The position numbers and the translations under genes were made by a program. A stretch of DNA of 64,000 nt from sequence record NC_048054.1. The stretch is one strand, 5' to 3'. The stretch's first letter is position 1, and each line of letters opens with the position of its first letter. Positions 17,078-26,738 of the stretch are shown piece by piece. A model generated the notes under the pieces. The model was given only the letters and a program-made list of their open reading frames with translations. It did no database searches and was not told the origin of the DNA.

Positions 17078-18571
17078 ATGTATATGAAAAAGATTAAACA
17101 CGCTTTCCGTCTGACTGACCTGGTTAATATCGAAAAAGTCGATACCGTTGATTATTCCCAATTACACCACGGTAAACGTGCTATCATTGTTGGTCGTGAG
17201 TCTGACTGCCAGATGTATGACCTGCATATCGAAGGTGTTGGCGTCCACCACATGCAGTACCCAGAAGAATGTCTGTCGCTTATTAAGCGCAATCAGGGTG
17301 AGATGCTCGACAAGTGGGAAGCTGGTAAGTACGGCAAGAAGAAAAAGGTTGAACGCAAGATTCCTGACGTGCTGCGTAACTTCACTGCTATCCTGCCTGT
17401 GACCTGCAACGCCGATTGTTCATTCTGTCCTGAGAAAGAGATGGAGAACAAAGCGTCGCAGAAAGAGTGGCTGGACAAACTGATCGCTGCGATTAAGACT
17501 CACGGTCATCGCGTTGATCACGTATCTATCTCTGGTGGCGAACCTACACTGCGTATGAAGTACCTGTTCGAAACGATCGACCAGATTCAGACCAAAGCAC
17601 ATATGTATAAAGTTGGTCTGACGTCGAATGGTCAGTTCCTTGAGAAACCTAATCAGTTGCTGACATTCCTTGACCTGAACACCAACGAGATGTTGGAAAG
17701 CAAACTGTCGCATCTGAATATCAGTATGCACTCGTTCGACCGTGAGAAAGCAAACAAGATCATGGGCGTTAATTATACGTGGACTCTCGAAGACTTAGCC
17801 CGCTTCCGTCGTCAGTTAGGCCGCAAGCTGAGTTTCCACATCAACTTCGTTATCAACGAACAAAACATTGATAACATCGAGTGGGAGTTCCGTCAAGCCA
17901 ACGAGTTCATGAAAGAGAACCAGTGGATTGACGTTGTGTTCCGTGTTGACTACAACAACAAGAAGCTGAACAAAGAACTGCGTAAGTACGGTCTGGCGGT
18001 ACAGGCTGCGCGTGAAGCAAAACGACCACGCGATAAGAGCATCAAGTACACGCCTCCGAAAGTTAAAGAGCCTGCGCTGATCAGGCTGTTTAACTCGATC
18101 TTCGACGGTAGCTTCTACGATGACTTGACCGAAGAGACTATGCCTGGCATTGGTGATACGTTCACAACTGCATGTCCGTCCTGCTTCACTCACCGAAGCA
18201 CTGACTTGGGTAATAGCTTCGCCTACCTGAAAGCGTCTTCATACGAACCGAACGAAGACGAAGAAGAATACACCGAGATGGTGTTCCACATGGACGGCGG
18301 CCTGTACTTCGACTGGTCACGCAAAGAGCCTGTACCTGAAATGAAGGCGAAGACTAAAAAGTCGAAGCGCTTCGACTTCGAACAAAAGGCAGAGCATGAT
18401 GAACCTAATGGTGCTGCGCTTAAACTTGAACACGGTAAGAAAGCCAAACCTGTTCGCGTTAAGAAAGTCAAGAAGACTGAACCACAAGGCTACCCAGATA
18501 GCTGCAACTATCCTTCTCCGTGCAGTTACTCGCGTGGTTCGTCTTGCAGTTTCGGCAGCGGCATGTGCTAA
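17078..18571 (+). CDS. radical SAM enzyme with N-terminal extension and Cys/Ser-rich C-terminal tail
   Basis: CNADCSFC (CxxxCxxC), ISGGEPT, LTSNG, LNISMHS. Start 17078 or 17084 (GAGGA RBS). Confidence 0.9.
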   Translation: MYMKKIKHAFRLTDLVNIEKVDTVDYSQLHHGKRAIIVGRESDCQMYDLHIEGVGVHHMQYPEECLSLIKRNQGEMLDKWEAGKYGKKKKVERKIPDVLRNFTAILPVTCNADCSFCPEKEMENKASQKEWLDKLIAAIKTHGHRVDHVSISGGEPTLRMKYLFETIDQIQTKAHMYKVGLTSNGQFLEKPNQLLTFLDLNTNEMLESKLSHLNISMHSFDREKANKIMGVNYTWTLEDLARFRRQLGRKLSFHINFVINEQNIDNIEWEFRQANEFMKENQWIDVVFRVDYNNKKLNKELRKYGLAVQAAREAKRPRDKSIKYTPPKVKEPALIRLFNSIFDGSFYDDLTEETMPGIGDTFTTACPSCFTHRSTDLGNSFAYLKASSYEPNEDEEEYTEMVFHMDGGLYFDWSRKEPVPEMKAKTKKSKRFDFEQKAEHDEPNGAALKLEHGKKAKPVRVKKVKKTEPQGYPDSCNYPSPCSYSRGSSCSFGSGMC

Positions 18572-18585
18572 TAAGGAAAACTAAA

Positions 18586-19203
18586 ATGGCTACTCAAAAA
18601 GAAGTAAACGATTTTCTGATCGAGTTCGAAAAGAACTATGGTCTCTCTATCCCTATCACGGACGAAGACGAGTTTGGCCTTAACGTCCTTGAGCAAACCA
18701 ATCGTGGCTCCTTCATCGCCTATCTCGATGAAGATGTGTTTGACATGTACGACCAGGAAGGTGAGTTTGACGAAGACGAGGATGACGATGTTATCGACGG
18801 CGAGGATGAAGAAGCCGTGCTTGATCGCATTGATGCGCAGCTTGATCGCTCGCACGTCTTCCGCGTCCTGTACCTGGCGCTGAAAGACTGGCAAGGCACT
18901 ATCAAAGAACTTGAGATGGTGATGTTCGACGTTATGGAAGAGATGGATATTCTCGAAGAACACCCAGAGGTTATCACGGAGCCTTTGGCCACCATCGTCG
19001 TTTCACAAGATGACCTGAAAGCTCTGGCAGACATTGTGCGTGAATACACAGGGCCAGAAACGCATCGTCTGTACGGCATGTTGACTGTGCGTAAGTTGCA
19101 ACGTCTTGCTGCCGGCCGACCGTTCCCTGAGAAGTTTGCTCGACTCACTATTACGAGTAGTGCGTTTGAACTTACCGAAGCGCTGACCGAGCTTGGAGAA
19201 TAA
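18586..19203 (+). CDS. acidic hypothetical protein
   Basis: Start revised to ATG 18586 (AAGGA RBS); D/E tract. Confidence 0.8.
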   Translation: MATQKEVNDFLIEFEKNYGLSIPITDEDEFGLNVLEQTNRGSFIAYLDEDVFDMYDQEGEFDEDEDDDVIDGEDEEAVLDRIDAQLDRSHVFRVLYLALKDWQGTIKELEMVMFDVMEEMDILEEHPEVITEPLATIVVSQDDLKALADIVREYTGPETHRLYGMLTVRKLQRLAAGRPFPEKFARLTITSSAFELTEALTELGE

Positions 19204-19204
19204 C

Positions 19205-19561
19205 ATGCGTTGTAACTATTACTATGACAGCCCGTTTTTCTATGGGCTTATCGTGTGGCGTAGACGCCTTGCTGTTGTTGGCGCAATGCTGATTGCTATT
19301 CTGATTATGCACGGTCGCTCCGCGCCTGCTGTCGAAGACATGTGGTTCTGGACTGGCATCATCTTTGGCATCGTTGGTGGTGTGTGCTATATTCGTATGT
19401 GGTCCTATGAGTGCTACCTGCTTGCTGCAATGGGTCCGCTAGATAACAGTACCGTTATCGGTTCGTTGAACTTCGATAAGATCGAACGACGCCACGCTGT
19501 CTGGTACGAAAAGAAGTTCGGTCGCAAGCCACCTAAAACTAACACATGGAGTATCGACTAA
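19205..19561 (+). CDS. two-TM membrane protein
   Basis: Start revised to ATG 19205; two hydrophobic helices. Confidence 0.7.
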   Translation: MRCNYYYDSPFFYGLIVWRRRLAVVGAMLIAILIMHGRSAPAVEDMWFWTGIIFGIVGGVCYIRMWSYECYLLAAMGPLDNSTVIGSLNFDKIERRHAVWYEKKFGRKPPKTNTWSID

Positions 19562-20040
19562 TGCCACGCATGTTCACTGAGACTCACCGCAATAAGCATT
19601 TCCGTGATCGCAACCATCCTGAGTATCACGGTGATGTGTGCGAGCGCATTCATCTTGAAGGTATGGAAACGCTGAAAGATCTGAAATACTATCAGGCTGC
19701 AATTGCGTTGAAGCGCCGTAGCTCCCCGCATCGTGTGCGTCGTACTGTTGAATCCCAAACATGGGATCAACTGTGTCAGTCCAGAGGAGAACGACACGAT
19801 ATCTCCTATCTGCGCTCTATGGTCAAAGCAACGGCCGCGCGTATGAAGGCAATTCGTGTCGCATACACCGAAGAGCATTCAAAGCGGCACAATCAACCAC
19901 TGCGTTTTGAAGTGAAAGACGCAGATGGTAATCGCGTTGATTTGTTCGTGACATACGATGCTGCCAACCACTGTAAACTACGCTCAGGGCTTGGTGCCAC
20001 ACTCAATCGCTACGAGGAAAAAGAAATAAAATGGCTGTAG
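19561..20040 (+). CDS. hypothetical basic protein
   Basis: TAATG overlap with GGAG RBS favours 19561 over 19546. Confidence 0.75.
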   Translation: MPRMFTETHRNKHFRDRNHPEYHGDVCERIHLEGMETLKDLKYYQAAIALKRRSSPHRVRRTVESQTWDQLCQSRGERHDISYLRSMVKATAARMKAIRVAYTEEHSKRHNQPLRFEVKDADGNRVDLFVTYDAANHCKLRSGLGATLNRYEEKEIKWL

Positions 20041-20294
20041 GTTTTGTCAAAGACGATGGTGTGAACGATACCATCGAAACAAACGTGCTGAACGAGATTG
20101 ACCGCGCTCGTTCAGAACTTCAAGGCGTAGGCTCCGACTACTGCATCAACCCTGATTGTGGTGAAAAGATTCCTGTGATGCGCAAACTCGCCATGCCGAA
20201 TGCGCGTTACTGCATTAACTGTCAAGCAGCGCACGACGGCACTGCTAACGTCGGCTACAATCGCCGTGGTTCAAAAGATTCCCAGCTGAGGTAA
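20031..20294 (+). CDS. ybiI: DksA/TraR-family C4 zinc-finger protein, YbiI-like
   Basis: CINPDCGEKIP..RK.AMPNARYCINCQ; the C-terminus GYNRRGSKDSQLR matches E. coli YbiI as I remember it, and the N-terminal GFVKDDGVND parallels GWANDDAVNE. Confidence 0.85.
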   Translation: MAVGFVKDDGVNDTIETNVLNEIDRARSELQGVGSDYCINPDCGEKIPVMRKLAMPNARYCINCQAAHDGTANVGYNRRGSKDSQLR

Positions 20295-20296
20295 TT

Positions 20297-20725
20297 ATGG
20301 AAACTAAAGTAACGCAGACTGCTACTGAATGGCGCGTTAAGGTAACGCAGAAAGATCAGCCAAGCAACACGTTCACTGATGTGTATCGCTCCGAAGAGGA
20401 GTATCAAAAGTGGATGGACTTGCATAAGAACGAATACACCGTAGAAGTGAACGTTGTTCAAACGCTGACTATCGAAGTGAAGAAAGGCACCTACCCTGAC
20501 GTTCAGCCTGTAATTGATCCGAACGTGACGTATTCACTTGAAGCGTTCGTTAAGACCGCCAATGACTGGGTGGTTATTCGCAGTGGTATCGCAACACCAG
20601 AAGAAGTTACTGGTCTGGTTGACCGTCTTAACCTCAAGTACAACAAGCCAGAGTCTGCTACTCATTTCCGTGTTGTGCGTGTTGTGCGTAGCGAAGTAGA
20701 AGAATTGTGGGGAGAGATGTGGTGA
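20297..20725 (+). CDS. hypothetical protein
   Basis: 142-aa ORF, GAGG RBS. Confidence 0.8.
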   Translation: METKVTQTATEWRVKVTQKDQPSNTFTDVYRSEEEYQKWMDLHKNEYTVEVNVVQTLTIEVKKGTYPDVQPVIDPNVTYSLEAFVKTANDWVVIRSGIATPEEVTGLVDRLNLKYNKPESATHFRVVRVVRSEVEELWGEMW

Positions 20726-20907
20726 ACGAAGAAGAACATAAACAGTTCCTCGAACGCTTAGGTAAGCGTAGCGAAGAACTTGCTGAACCATACTCACGCT
20801 GTGAAGACTGCCGTACACCTCTCAAAGAAGGTGAAGTGTATGGCGAGTGGGATGACCTGTGTGAGAACTGCTGTGCTGACCGCGAAGACGAAGGGGAGCC
20901 GACATAA
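20722..20907 (+). CDS. small C4 zinc-finger protein
   Basis: CEDC...LCENCC; GTGA overlap with GGAG RBS. Confidence 0.65.
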   Translation: MNEEEHKQFLERLGKRSEELAEPYSRCEDCRTPLKEGEVYGEWDDLCENCCADREDEGEPT

Positions 20908-21224
20908 TGCTACGTAAACTTTGGATAGCTATGGGATTCATATTCCCTACTGTTGCTGATGCTATGCGTAAACGTCAGGCATGTACGCGCATTGGCTACA
21001 CCAGTTACTGCGTTATGAACCGCGCAGGATTTGCTGAGGCATTCACGCATCACTTGCATGAGTATCGAAACGCCAGCGACTCTCTGGCTGTGCTTAACAA
21101 AAACAAGCATGAGGCTGTAACGGCAAAAGCACAGCGTATGGAATATCCGTGTGTTGTCGTCTTTGTGGAAGATGACTTCTCAACGATTGCAATTGATGCG
21201 CCTACCATGGAGCGCCACGTATGA
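20907..21224 (+). CDS. hypothetical protein
   Basis: 105-aa ORF, TAATG overlap. Confidence 0.7.
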   Translation: MLRKLWIAMGFIFPTVADAMRKRQACTRIGYTSYCVMNRAGFAEAFTHHLHEYRNASDSLAVLNKNKHEAVTAKAQRMEYPCVVVFVEDDFSTIAIDAPTMERHV

Positions 21225-21418
21225 CTCATGGAAAACTGACAGAGGCGGAACTTGCAAGCCTACGCTTCAAACTTAAAGTGCGTGAGGAGCAACGCCCTCT
21301 ACCTGATACACACGCGATGCCTGACCCTAAGTTCGACACGCATCGTATCGACCCGCGCACCGACATGATCGTTGGCGATATCAAACACCACTTTCCACCA
21401 AAAGGTAAAGCGCAATGA
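21221..21418 (+). CDS. hypothetical protein
   Basis: 65-aa ORF, ATGA overlap. Confidence 0.65.
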   Translation: MTHGKLTEAELASLRFKLKVREEQRPLPDTHAMPDPKFDTHRIDPRTDMIVGDIKHHFPPKGKAQ

Positions 21419-21768
21419 AACTGACAAAACTGCCGCGTTACTTATGGCTTACTGGTAAGCAGGTGCAATACTTCTTTAAGTTGCTTAAGGCGAATCGTGA
21501 CCTAGCGAATATGGAGCATGAAGCAGATGTGCTCAAAGCGCTGCATGATCTCACCGAGCGTGATATGAAGAATGGCACTAACATTTGCATAGAGGTGCTT
21601 TCATTCTTTCAGGAGTTGAAGCGCCCGCGTGGTGTAAAACACAATCTACCCTACTTGTGGCCGAAGCGTGATCTAATTCGTCTGCTCAACAAGAACGGCG
21701 TTGCAGTAGGTCCCGTGCCGAATTACTTTGTAGCACTCCATCAACTTGTAGACAAAGGGTTTAAGTGA
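21415..21768 (+). CDS. hypothetical protein
   Basis: 117-aa ORF, ATGA overlap. Confidence 0.7.
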   Translation: MKLTKLPRYLWLTGKQVQYFFKLLKANRDLANMEHEADVLKALHDLTERDMKNGTNICIEVLSFFQELKRPRGVKHNLPYLWPKRDLIRLLNKNGVAVGPVPNYFVALHQLVDKGFK

Positions 21769-22487
21769 TGAACCACCATGAACATTTGGACGCAATCAAA
21801 CAAATCACTGTTGACCAAATTCAAGCGTTCTCTGGCATCGCCCAAGTGATGCACGAACGGGCTCGCATTCAACCTGAATTATTTACCGAAGTGTGGCAGC
21901 GTACTGTGTGCGACCAGCTTGGTCTGAACTATGACTACTGGCTCTACTATAACGAGCTGTCCAACTTCATGGAGCTCGGCATGGTACCATACATGCCTGT
22001 GTTGCAAATCGCAGTGACTGCTTTTGTCGGCGCTGATGTGCGCGAGACAGTAGATCGCTTTTCTCGATACGATAAAGAGTTGGTTGTGTCTGCCTATGAA
22101 GTAGGCAACGAGTGGGTGCTCGACAATCATCGTCTGATTTGTACGTGTCGTGCTATCGACTCTCTGATAAGCCTCTACGCTACGCACATGCTGGAGATTG
22201 ACGAGCAAGAGGTGAATCGTTGCATCGCGTACCCAACAATGCCGAACATGCCGCATCAATTTGTTGAGATGTACAAGCTGATTGATGAAGCACGTATGGT
22301 TGTTGATGGCAAATGGCGCTCACCTCTGCGTTATTTCCATTCCAGAGAGCGGGATTATCTTTGGAACTATCCGCCTAATATGTCAGACTTCCAGAACGTC
22401 ATCATTAAGACTGACTCTGGTACAGTCTATCTTACTGGCGCACCTAAGCGTGGCGACACTAACGCAAACCATTTACGTTCAGTCTAA
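21765..22487 (+). CDS. hypothetical protein
   Basis: 240-aa ORF. Confidence 0.8.
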   Translation: MMNHHEHLDAIKQITVDQIQAFSGIAQVMHERARIQPELFTEVWQRTVCDQLGLNYDYWLYYNELSNFMELGMVPYMPVLQIAVTAFVGADVRETVDRFSRYDKELVVSAYEVGNEWVLDNHRLICTCRAIDSLISLYATHMLEIDEQEVNRCIAYPTMPNMPHQFVEMYKLIDEARMVVDGKWRSPLRYFHSRERDYLWNYPPNMSDFQNVIIKTDSGTVYLTGAPKRGDTNANHLRSV

Positions 22488-22496
22488 GAGGCAACT

Positions 22497-23126
22497 ATGA
22501 ATACGACAATTCAATTTCTCATGGATGAGAACGAGATAGAAGATGCACTCACCTCGTATCACACTGACCCTACCGATGAAAACAAACGTCGTGTGATTGA
22601 AACGATTTTGAGTGAAGCGAAAAACGCACCCAAACCAAACGTAGCACCTGAGCCACACAGAATTATATTCGTGCCGTCTTTGTCTACACTCAGAAGCGAA
22701 CCTGCTCTCAAGCCATTCGCTACTTTCAGCGGAGAGTTTGATAAGACCCTTATGGCCACTGCTAAATTGGCCAAGCGTGTTGTAGACAGAATACACGAAG
22801 CAGGTAGTTCTGCCGTGTATGTTCGATTCGATCCAGAAGAATGGTACTCGTACCGTATTCCTATTCTCTGGGGATTCTATGATTTGGCATTAGAATCCAA
22901 AACGCTGGACGGCATTGATTCGTCCATGCGTGACCTTATGCGTAAGGTTGGTAATCTACCTTTGGACGAAGATGTTGAAGTCTTCTACAAAATGATTAAT
23001 CGTTATGTGATTGAGGGTGAGCACGAAGGTTGTCTGCGCTCCATCACTCAAATGGTGGACACTCAGTTCACGCGCAACCTGCCTCAAACCAAAACTGAAA
23101 TTGAAGAAGAGGGTGAAGAAGAATGA
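22497..23126 (+). CDS. hypothetical protein
   Basis: 209-aa ORF, GAGG RBS. Confidence 0.8.
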   Translation: MNTTIQFLMDENEIEDALTSYHTDPTDENKRRVIETILSEAKNAPKPNVAPEPHRIIFVPSLSTLRSEPALKPFATFSGEFDKTLMATAKLAKRVVDRIHEAGSSAVYVRFDPEEWYSYRIPILWGFYDLALESKTLDGIDSSMRDLMRKVGNLPLDEDVEVFYKMINRYVIEGEHEGCLRSITQMVDTQFTRNLPQTKTEIEEEGEEE

Positions 23127-23494
23127 TCAGACAAATGCCATTGCAGCTTTTAAGCAAAGATCCAGATGTAACAGCACAATCGACCGCAGCGCGTCTCGGC
23201 CTCACTAACTATACGATAATCGTTCGTGGTGATTGGCAACTGATTTGCGGCAATGGTGCAGATCGTAAACCTCGCATCGCACTTATCGGTCCTTATAAAA
23301 TCAATCCTGATTTGACCGGTGTGCATATTCTGACTCATGCTGGCTTCTCTGATATTGACGCACTGCTGGCTCTCGGTCTGCATCGCAATGACTTCCGCAG
23401 TATGCAGAAAGAACACCGTGCCCGCGTCAAAGCTGTAAAAGAACAGAAACGCATGGGCAACACTACCGCACTCGACGATATCAAGGGGAAGTAA
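23123..23494 (+). CDS. hypothetical protein
   Basis: 123-aa ORF, ATGA overlap. Confidence 0.75.
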   Translation: MIRQMPLQLLSKDPDVTAQSTAARLGLTNYTIIVRGDWQLICGNGADRKPRIALIGPYKINPDLTGVHILTHAGFSDIDALLALGLHRNDFRSMQKEHRARVKAVKEQKRMGNTTALDDIKGK

Positions 23495-23495
23495 G

Positions 23496-24254
23496 ATGAA
23501 ACAGTTATTCGTAGGCAGCCATCCAAACACCGTTCGCTTTTCTGATCTCGACAGCCGTGACCGCATCTGTGAGATTCGCGCGATGATCGCCGACGCGTAT
23601 CGCATGTTGCGTGATTCAATTGGCGAGCAAGCCAAGAACGAAACGAATACCTTCCACGGTCCGTGGCTTGTGTTTCGTAATCTCATGAACGATCACCCTG
23701 CCGCTTGTCTGGAAGAGTTCCGCCATGCGTCTATCTACTTCGATGCAGATACAGAAGGCAAGGTAACTGAGATTGCTGACCTGATTGAACAGCACATCGA
23801 ACTTTCGCGTGAAGCCCTGAGCCTGAAAGGTGTGCACCAACATCAAGCTGACGCGATGATCAGTGTTCAACCTGATACGGCTACGCGTGAAGTAACGTTG
23901 CGTGTTGGTCTCGGCAAAACGCGCAGCAATAACCCGCATCTCATTTTGGCTGATAGCGTTCGTCACTACATCGATCTGGCTTCCACTGCTGCATCGACGT
24001 TCGAGTTCTGCGTCCTGCTGACCAAGAAACTGGACTCTGACGCTCACGATAACTACGGCGAGATGACGCACGACGAGATGGTAGATTGCGTACATGACCT
24101 GATTCTCGGCTCGTCCAAGAGCGTGAAGTGCATCCGTGAGCTGATCATGAGCAGTATTAACGAATTGTCTATGCCGTATTCTCAATTCGTTTCTGGTCCT
24201 AAGTTCGATGACGAACAGGCGGCTGACGATGAAAACTTTGCGTTGCGTGGCTAA
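23496..24254 (+). CDS. hypothetical protein
   Basis: 252-aa ORF. Confidence 0.8.
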   Translation: MKQLFVGSHPNTVRFSDLDSRDRICEIRAMIADAYRMLRDSIGEQAKNETNTFHGPWLVFRNLMNDHPAACLEEFRHASIYFDADTEGKVTEIADLIEQHIELSREALSLKGVHQHQADAMISVQPDTATREVTLRVGLGKTRSNNPHLILADSVRHYIDLASTAASTFEFCVLLTKKLDSDAHDNYGEMTHDEMVDCVHDLILGSSKSVKCIRELIMSSINELSMPYSQFVSGPKFDDEQAADDENFALRG

Positions 24255-24432
24255 ACGTTATTGGCGCGAGGCGATGATACTGATTGTGTTGGTTGTCATC
24301 GCTTTCGCTTTACCTTACTTCGAAGTACGCAACCCTACGCTGACTATGCTGGTGGCTGTTATCGTGGCTGTGTACTTCCTCGCTACTTGGGCATGTAAGC
24401 CTAGTTACGGAAAAGACAATGAGAAAGAATGA
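24247..24432 (+). CDS. small two-TM membrane protein
   Basis: Two hydrophobic helices; start uncertain (GTG 24247 or ATG of MILIV). Confidence 0.6.
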   Translation: MAKRYWREAMILIVLVVIAFALPYFEVRNPTLTMLVAVIVAVYFLATWACKPSYGKDNEKE

Positions 24433-24970
24433 AATCGTACTGAGCGCCGAAGAGATTGCAGACGGCATTGAGAAGATCAATCACGCACTGCTGCAAGTTG
24501 GTCTGCGTTGTAACGAAGGTGATGTTGGTTACGAAACTGTGTACACCGATGATCGTGGTGAAACGCAGGGCGGCTGGTACGCCGAGTTCGATAAGAAGTC
24601 CCGCGACAAACTGCGTGAATCAAAGAAAGTGTCATGGCGTAACTGCGGCATGATTAGCGGCGACACGCTTGATAGCATTCTGCGTACTGCGGCCAGTCTG
24701 AAATTCCGTAACTACGGCAAAGAGCCTAGTCCTACTCAGATTAAGAAGGTGGTGCACATGATGACCAAAGAAGGTGCAACTCAGAGAGCGCTTGAGATCT
24801 ACAACTCAGCTCGGCCTTTGTCTGACGATGACCTCAAGCTGTGTATCGAACACTTCCGCACTCTGGAAAACTTAATCAAAGTTGACCCGATGTTGAAGCT
24901 GGCGCAGCCTTATGTTGTAAACAACCTGTATCAACTCGAAAACTATTTGCAAGCACGTAAGAGCAAGTAA
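24419..24970 (+). CDS. hypothetical protein
   Basis: 183-aa ORF ending before a terminator. Confidence 0.8.
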   Translation: MRKNEIVLSAEEIADGIEKINHALLQVGLRCNEGDVGYETVYTDDRGETQGGWYAEFDKKSRDKLRESKKVSWRNCGMISGDTLDSILRTAASLKFRNYGKEPSPTQIKKVVHMMTKEGATQRALEIYNSARPLSDDDLKLCIEHFRTLENLIKVDPMLKLAQPYVVNNLYQLENYLQARKSK

Positions 24971-24976
24971 CAATCA

Positions 24977-25002
24977 TGGGAGGCCCTTAACGGGGTTTCC
25001 CA
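24977..25002 (+). terminator. putative terminator hairpin
   Basis: TGGGAGGCCC-TTAAC-GGGGTTTCCCA; weak U-tract. Confidence 0.55.
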
Positions 25003-25028
25003 TTAGTCATTTCTGGAGCAAATTTCGC

Positions 25029-26009
25029 ATGAGATTCGGATTCGCCTGTAAGCTGCTTGACGCAAACGACAAACAACCATACACCAACAAGAGCCTTAGC
25101 TATAAACACTTCTCGGCGCTGTCTGCACCTGACCAGCACGATAAACTTATTGCTGTTGTCACGCACAATCTGACTTCGCTACTTAACATGATCAAACACG
25201 TTGGTCGTCTGCGTACCGATCTGCGTATGTTCCGAATCACAAGTGAGTTACTTCCTTTGTACACTCACCCAAAAGTGTTCCACATGTACATGCGCCATGA
25301 CGTCGCAGCCCTAACCGAAAAGATGTTAGCACTCTGTGGTGCGGCGGCTCGTCGTCTTGACGTTCGCCTCTCTTTTCACCCAGGTCAATTCACTGTGCTC
25401 GCGTCTGATCGTCCTGACGTTGTGGAAAATTCAATTCGTGAACTTGAGTACCATGCGTATTGTGCCTACCACATGGGATACGGTCGACGCTTTCAGGACT
25501 TCAAGATCAACATTCACCTCAGTGGTAGACTTGGTGCAAAAGGCTTTCGTGCATCACATTCGAAACTTTCTGACCACTGCCGTAAGATGTTAACCGTAGA
25601 GAACGACGAGATCACTTCCAGTCTCGAAGATTGTTTAGAGCTGGCAGACATATGCCCGATCGTCCTCGACATTCATCATCACTGGGTTATGACAAACGAA
25701 TACATACAGCCGACCGATGATCGTGTTAAGCGTGTCATTGACTCTTGGCGAGGTGTTCGCCCAACTGCTCACTACTCTGTGTCTAAGCCAGAGTTCGTGC
25801 CGTCTCGTGGTCTGCCTGATCAGAATAAGCTGACCGCTAATCGTATGCAGCTACGCGCACACTCTGATTACTACCACAACGACGACGTAAACGACTGGGC
25901 CCTCAGCTTCACTGATTTTGACCTGATGTGCGAGTCAAAAGCGAAGAATAGAGCGCGAGTCAAATTGGCGTGTTTTAACGTCAACTCTGCAAATAAATGG
26001 ACAAAATGA
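25029..26009 (+). CDS. uvsE: UV damage endonuclease (UvsE/UVDE)
   Basis: RFGFACK, FRITSELLP, RLSFHPGQF, ELEYH, INIH, LTVENDE, VLDIHHH, HSDY, DLMCESKAK. Confidence 0.95.
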   Translation: MRFGFACKLLDANDKQPYTNKSLSYKHFSALSAPDQHDKLIAVVTHNLTSLLNMIKHVGRLRTDLRMFRITSELLPLYTHPKVFHMYMRHDVAALTEKMLALCGAAARRLDVRLSFHPGQFTVLASDRPDVVENSIRELEYHAYCAYHMGYGRRFQDFKINIHLSGRLGAKGFRASHSKLSDHCRKMLTVENDEITSSLEDCLELADICPIVLDIHHHWVMTNEYIQPTDDRVKRVIDSWRGVRPTAHYSVSKPEFVPSRGLPDQNKLTANRMQLRAHSDYYHNDDVNDWALSFTDFDLMCESKAKNRARVKLACFNVNSANKWTK

Positions 26010-26042
26010 GGCTTGTTTGCGATATTCGACCTGTGATACACT
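25986..26042 (+). promoter_or_regulatory. sigma70-type promoter with conserved upstream element
   Basis: TCTGCAAATAAATGGACAAAATGAGG; TTGTTT -35-like; 33 nt to TG-a-TACACT (26037-26042). Confidence 0.7.
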
Positions 26043-26097
26043 GTTTATGAGCACTTTCGCTCGTTTTTCTCATATAACTAGACAGAGGAAATAAGAC

Positions 26098-26400
26098 ATG
26101 TTCACAACAACTACTCTCGCAACCAAAGCACCTGTTGTTCAGTCCGCCAACCATTCATTCGGTATTACAGGTATCACACCTACCAACCGTATCTCCTGCA
26201 TTTGGCCTGGCGCTCTGGAAGTTCCTGCGAATATTAAACGTTGGTGCCGTGTTAACGAAATCACCAACGACCTTGATGCTTACATGCGTGTTCGCTTTAA
26301 AGGTCGCCGCGCAGATATTCTGAACCTGGTGACTAAACACCTCGCTCCGAATAATCCTGAACTGGCGGTTCGTATTCTCGCAACTATTACTGAGGCGTAA
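26098..26400 (+). CDS. hypothetical protein
   Basis: 100-aa ORF, GAGGA RBS, first gene after the promoter. Confidence 0.8.
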   Translation: MFTTTTLATKAPVVQSANHSFGITGITPTNRISCIWPGALEVPANIKRWCRVNEITNDLDAYMRVRFKGRRADILNLVTKHLAPNNPELAVRILATITEA

Positions 26401-26401
26401 A

Positions 26402-26665
26402 ATGAAAGTCCAATGTTTGGAAGCCGTATACGGTACTACGAATACCAATACTCCGTTTGTGGAGAAACGTGGCTTCCGTCCTGTCGAATCAAAATATCTC
26501 GATGGTACGGAGGTTAGATTACAACGGTTATCACACGATATACATGAACGTGTGATTGTGGGTTATGACCGCTTTGGTCGTGCTGTGTATGGAACACAAG
26601 TACCACAATCGACGTTCGAAGTGCGTGACAGCAAGGAAAGCGAACCGAATAAAACGGCGCCCTAG
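26402..26665 (+). CDS. hypothetical protein
   Basis: 87-aa ORF, GAGG RBS. Confidence 0.7.
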   Translation: MKVQCLEAVYGTTNTNTPFVEKRGFRPVESKYLDGTEVRLQRLSHDIHERVIVGYDRFGRAVYGTQVPQSTFEVRDSKESEPNKTAP

Positions 26666-26738
26666 CAAGCTCACAACCAGAAGCCATAGAATAACCAACA
26701 ATAAATTCATGTGCTGACCTATCGTGGGGTGTCTTAAA

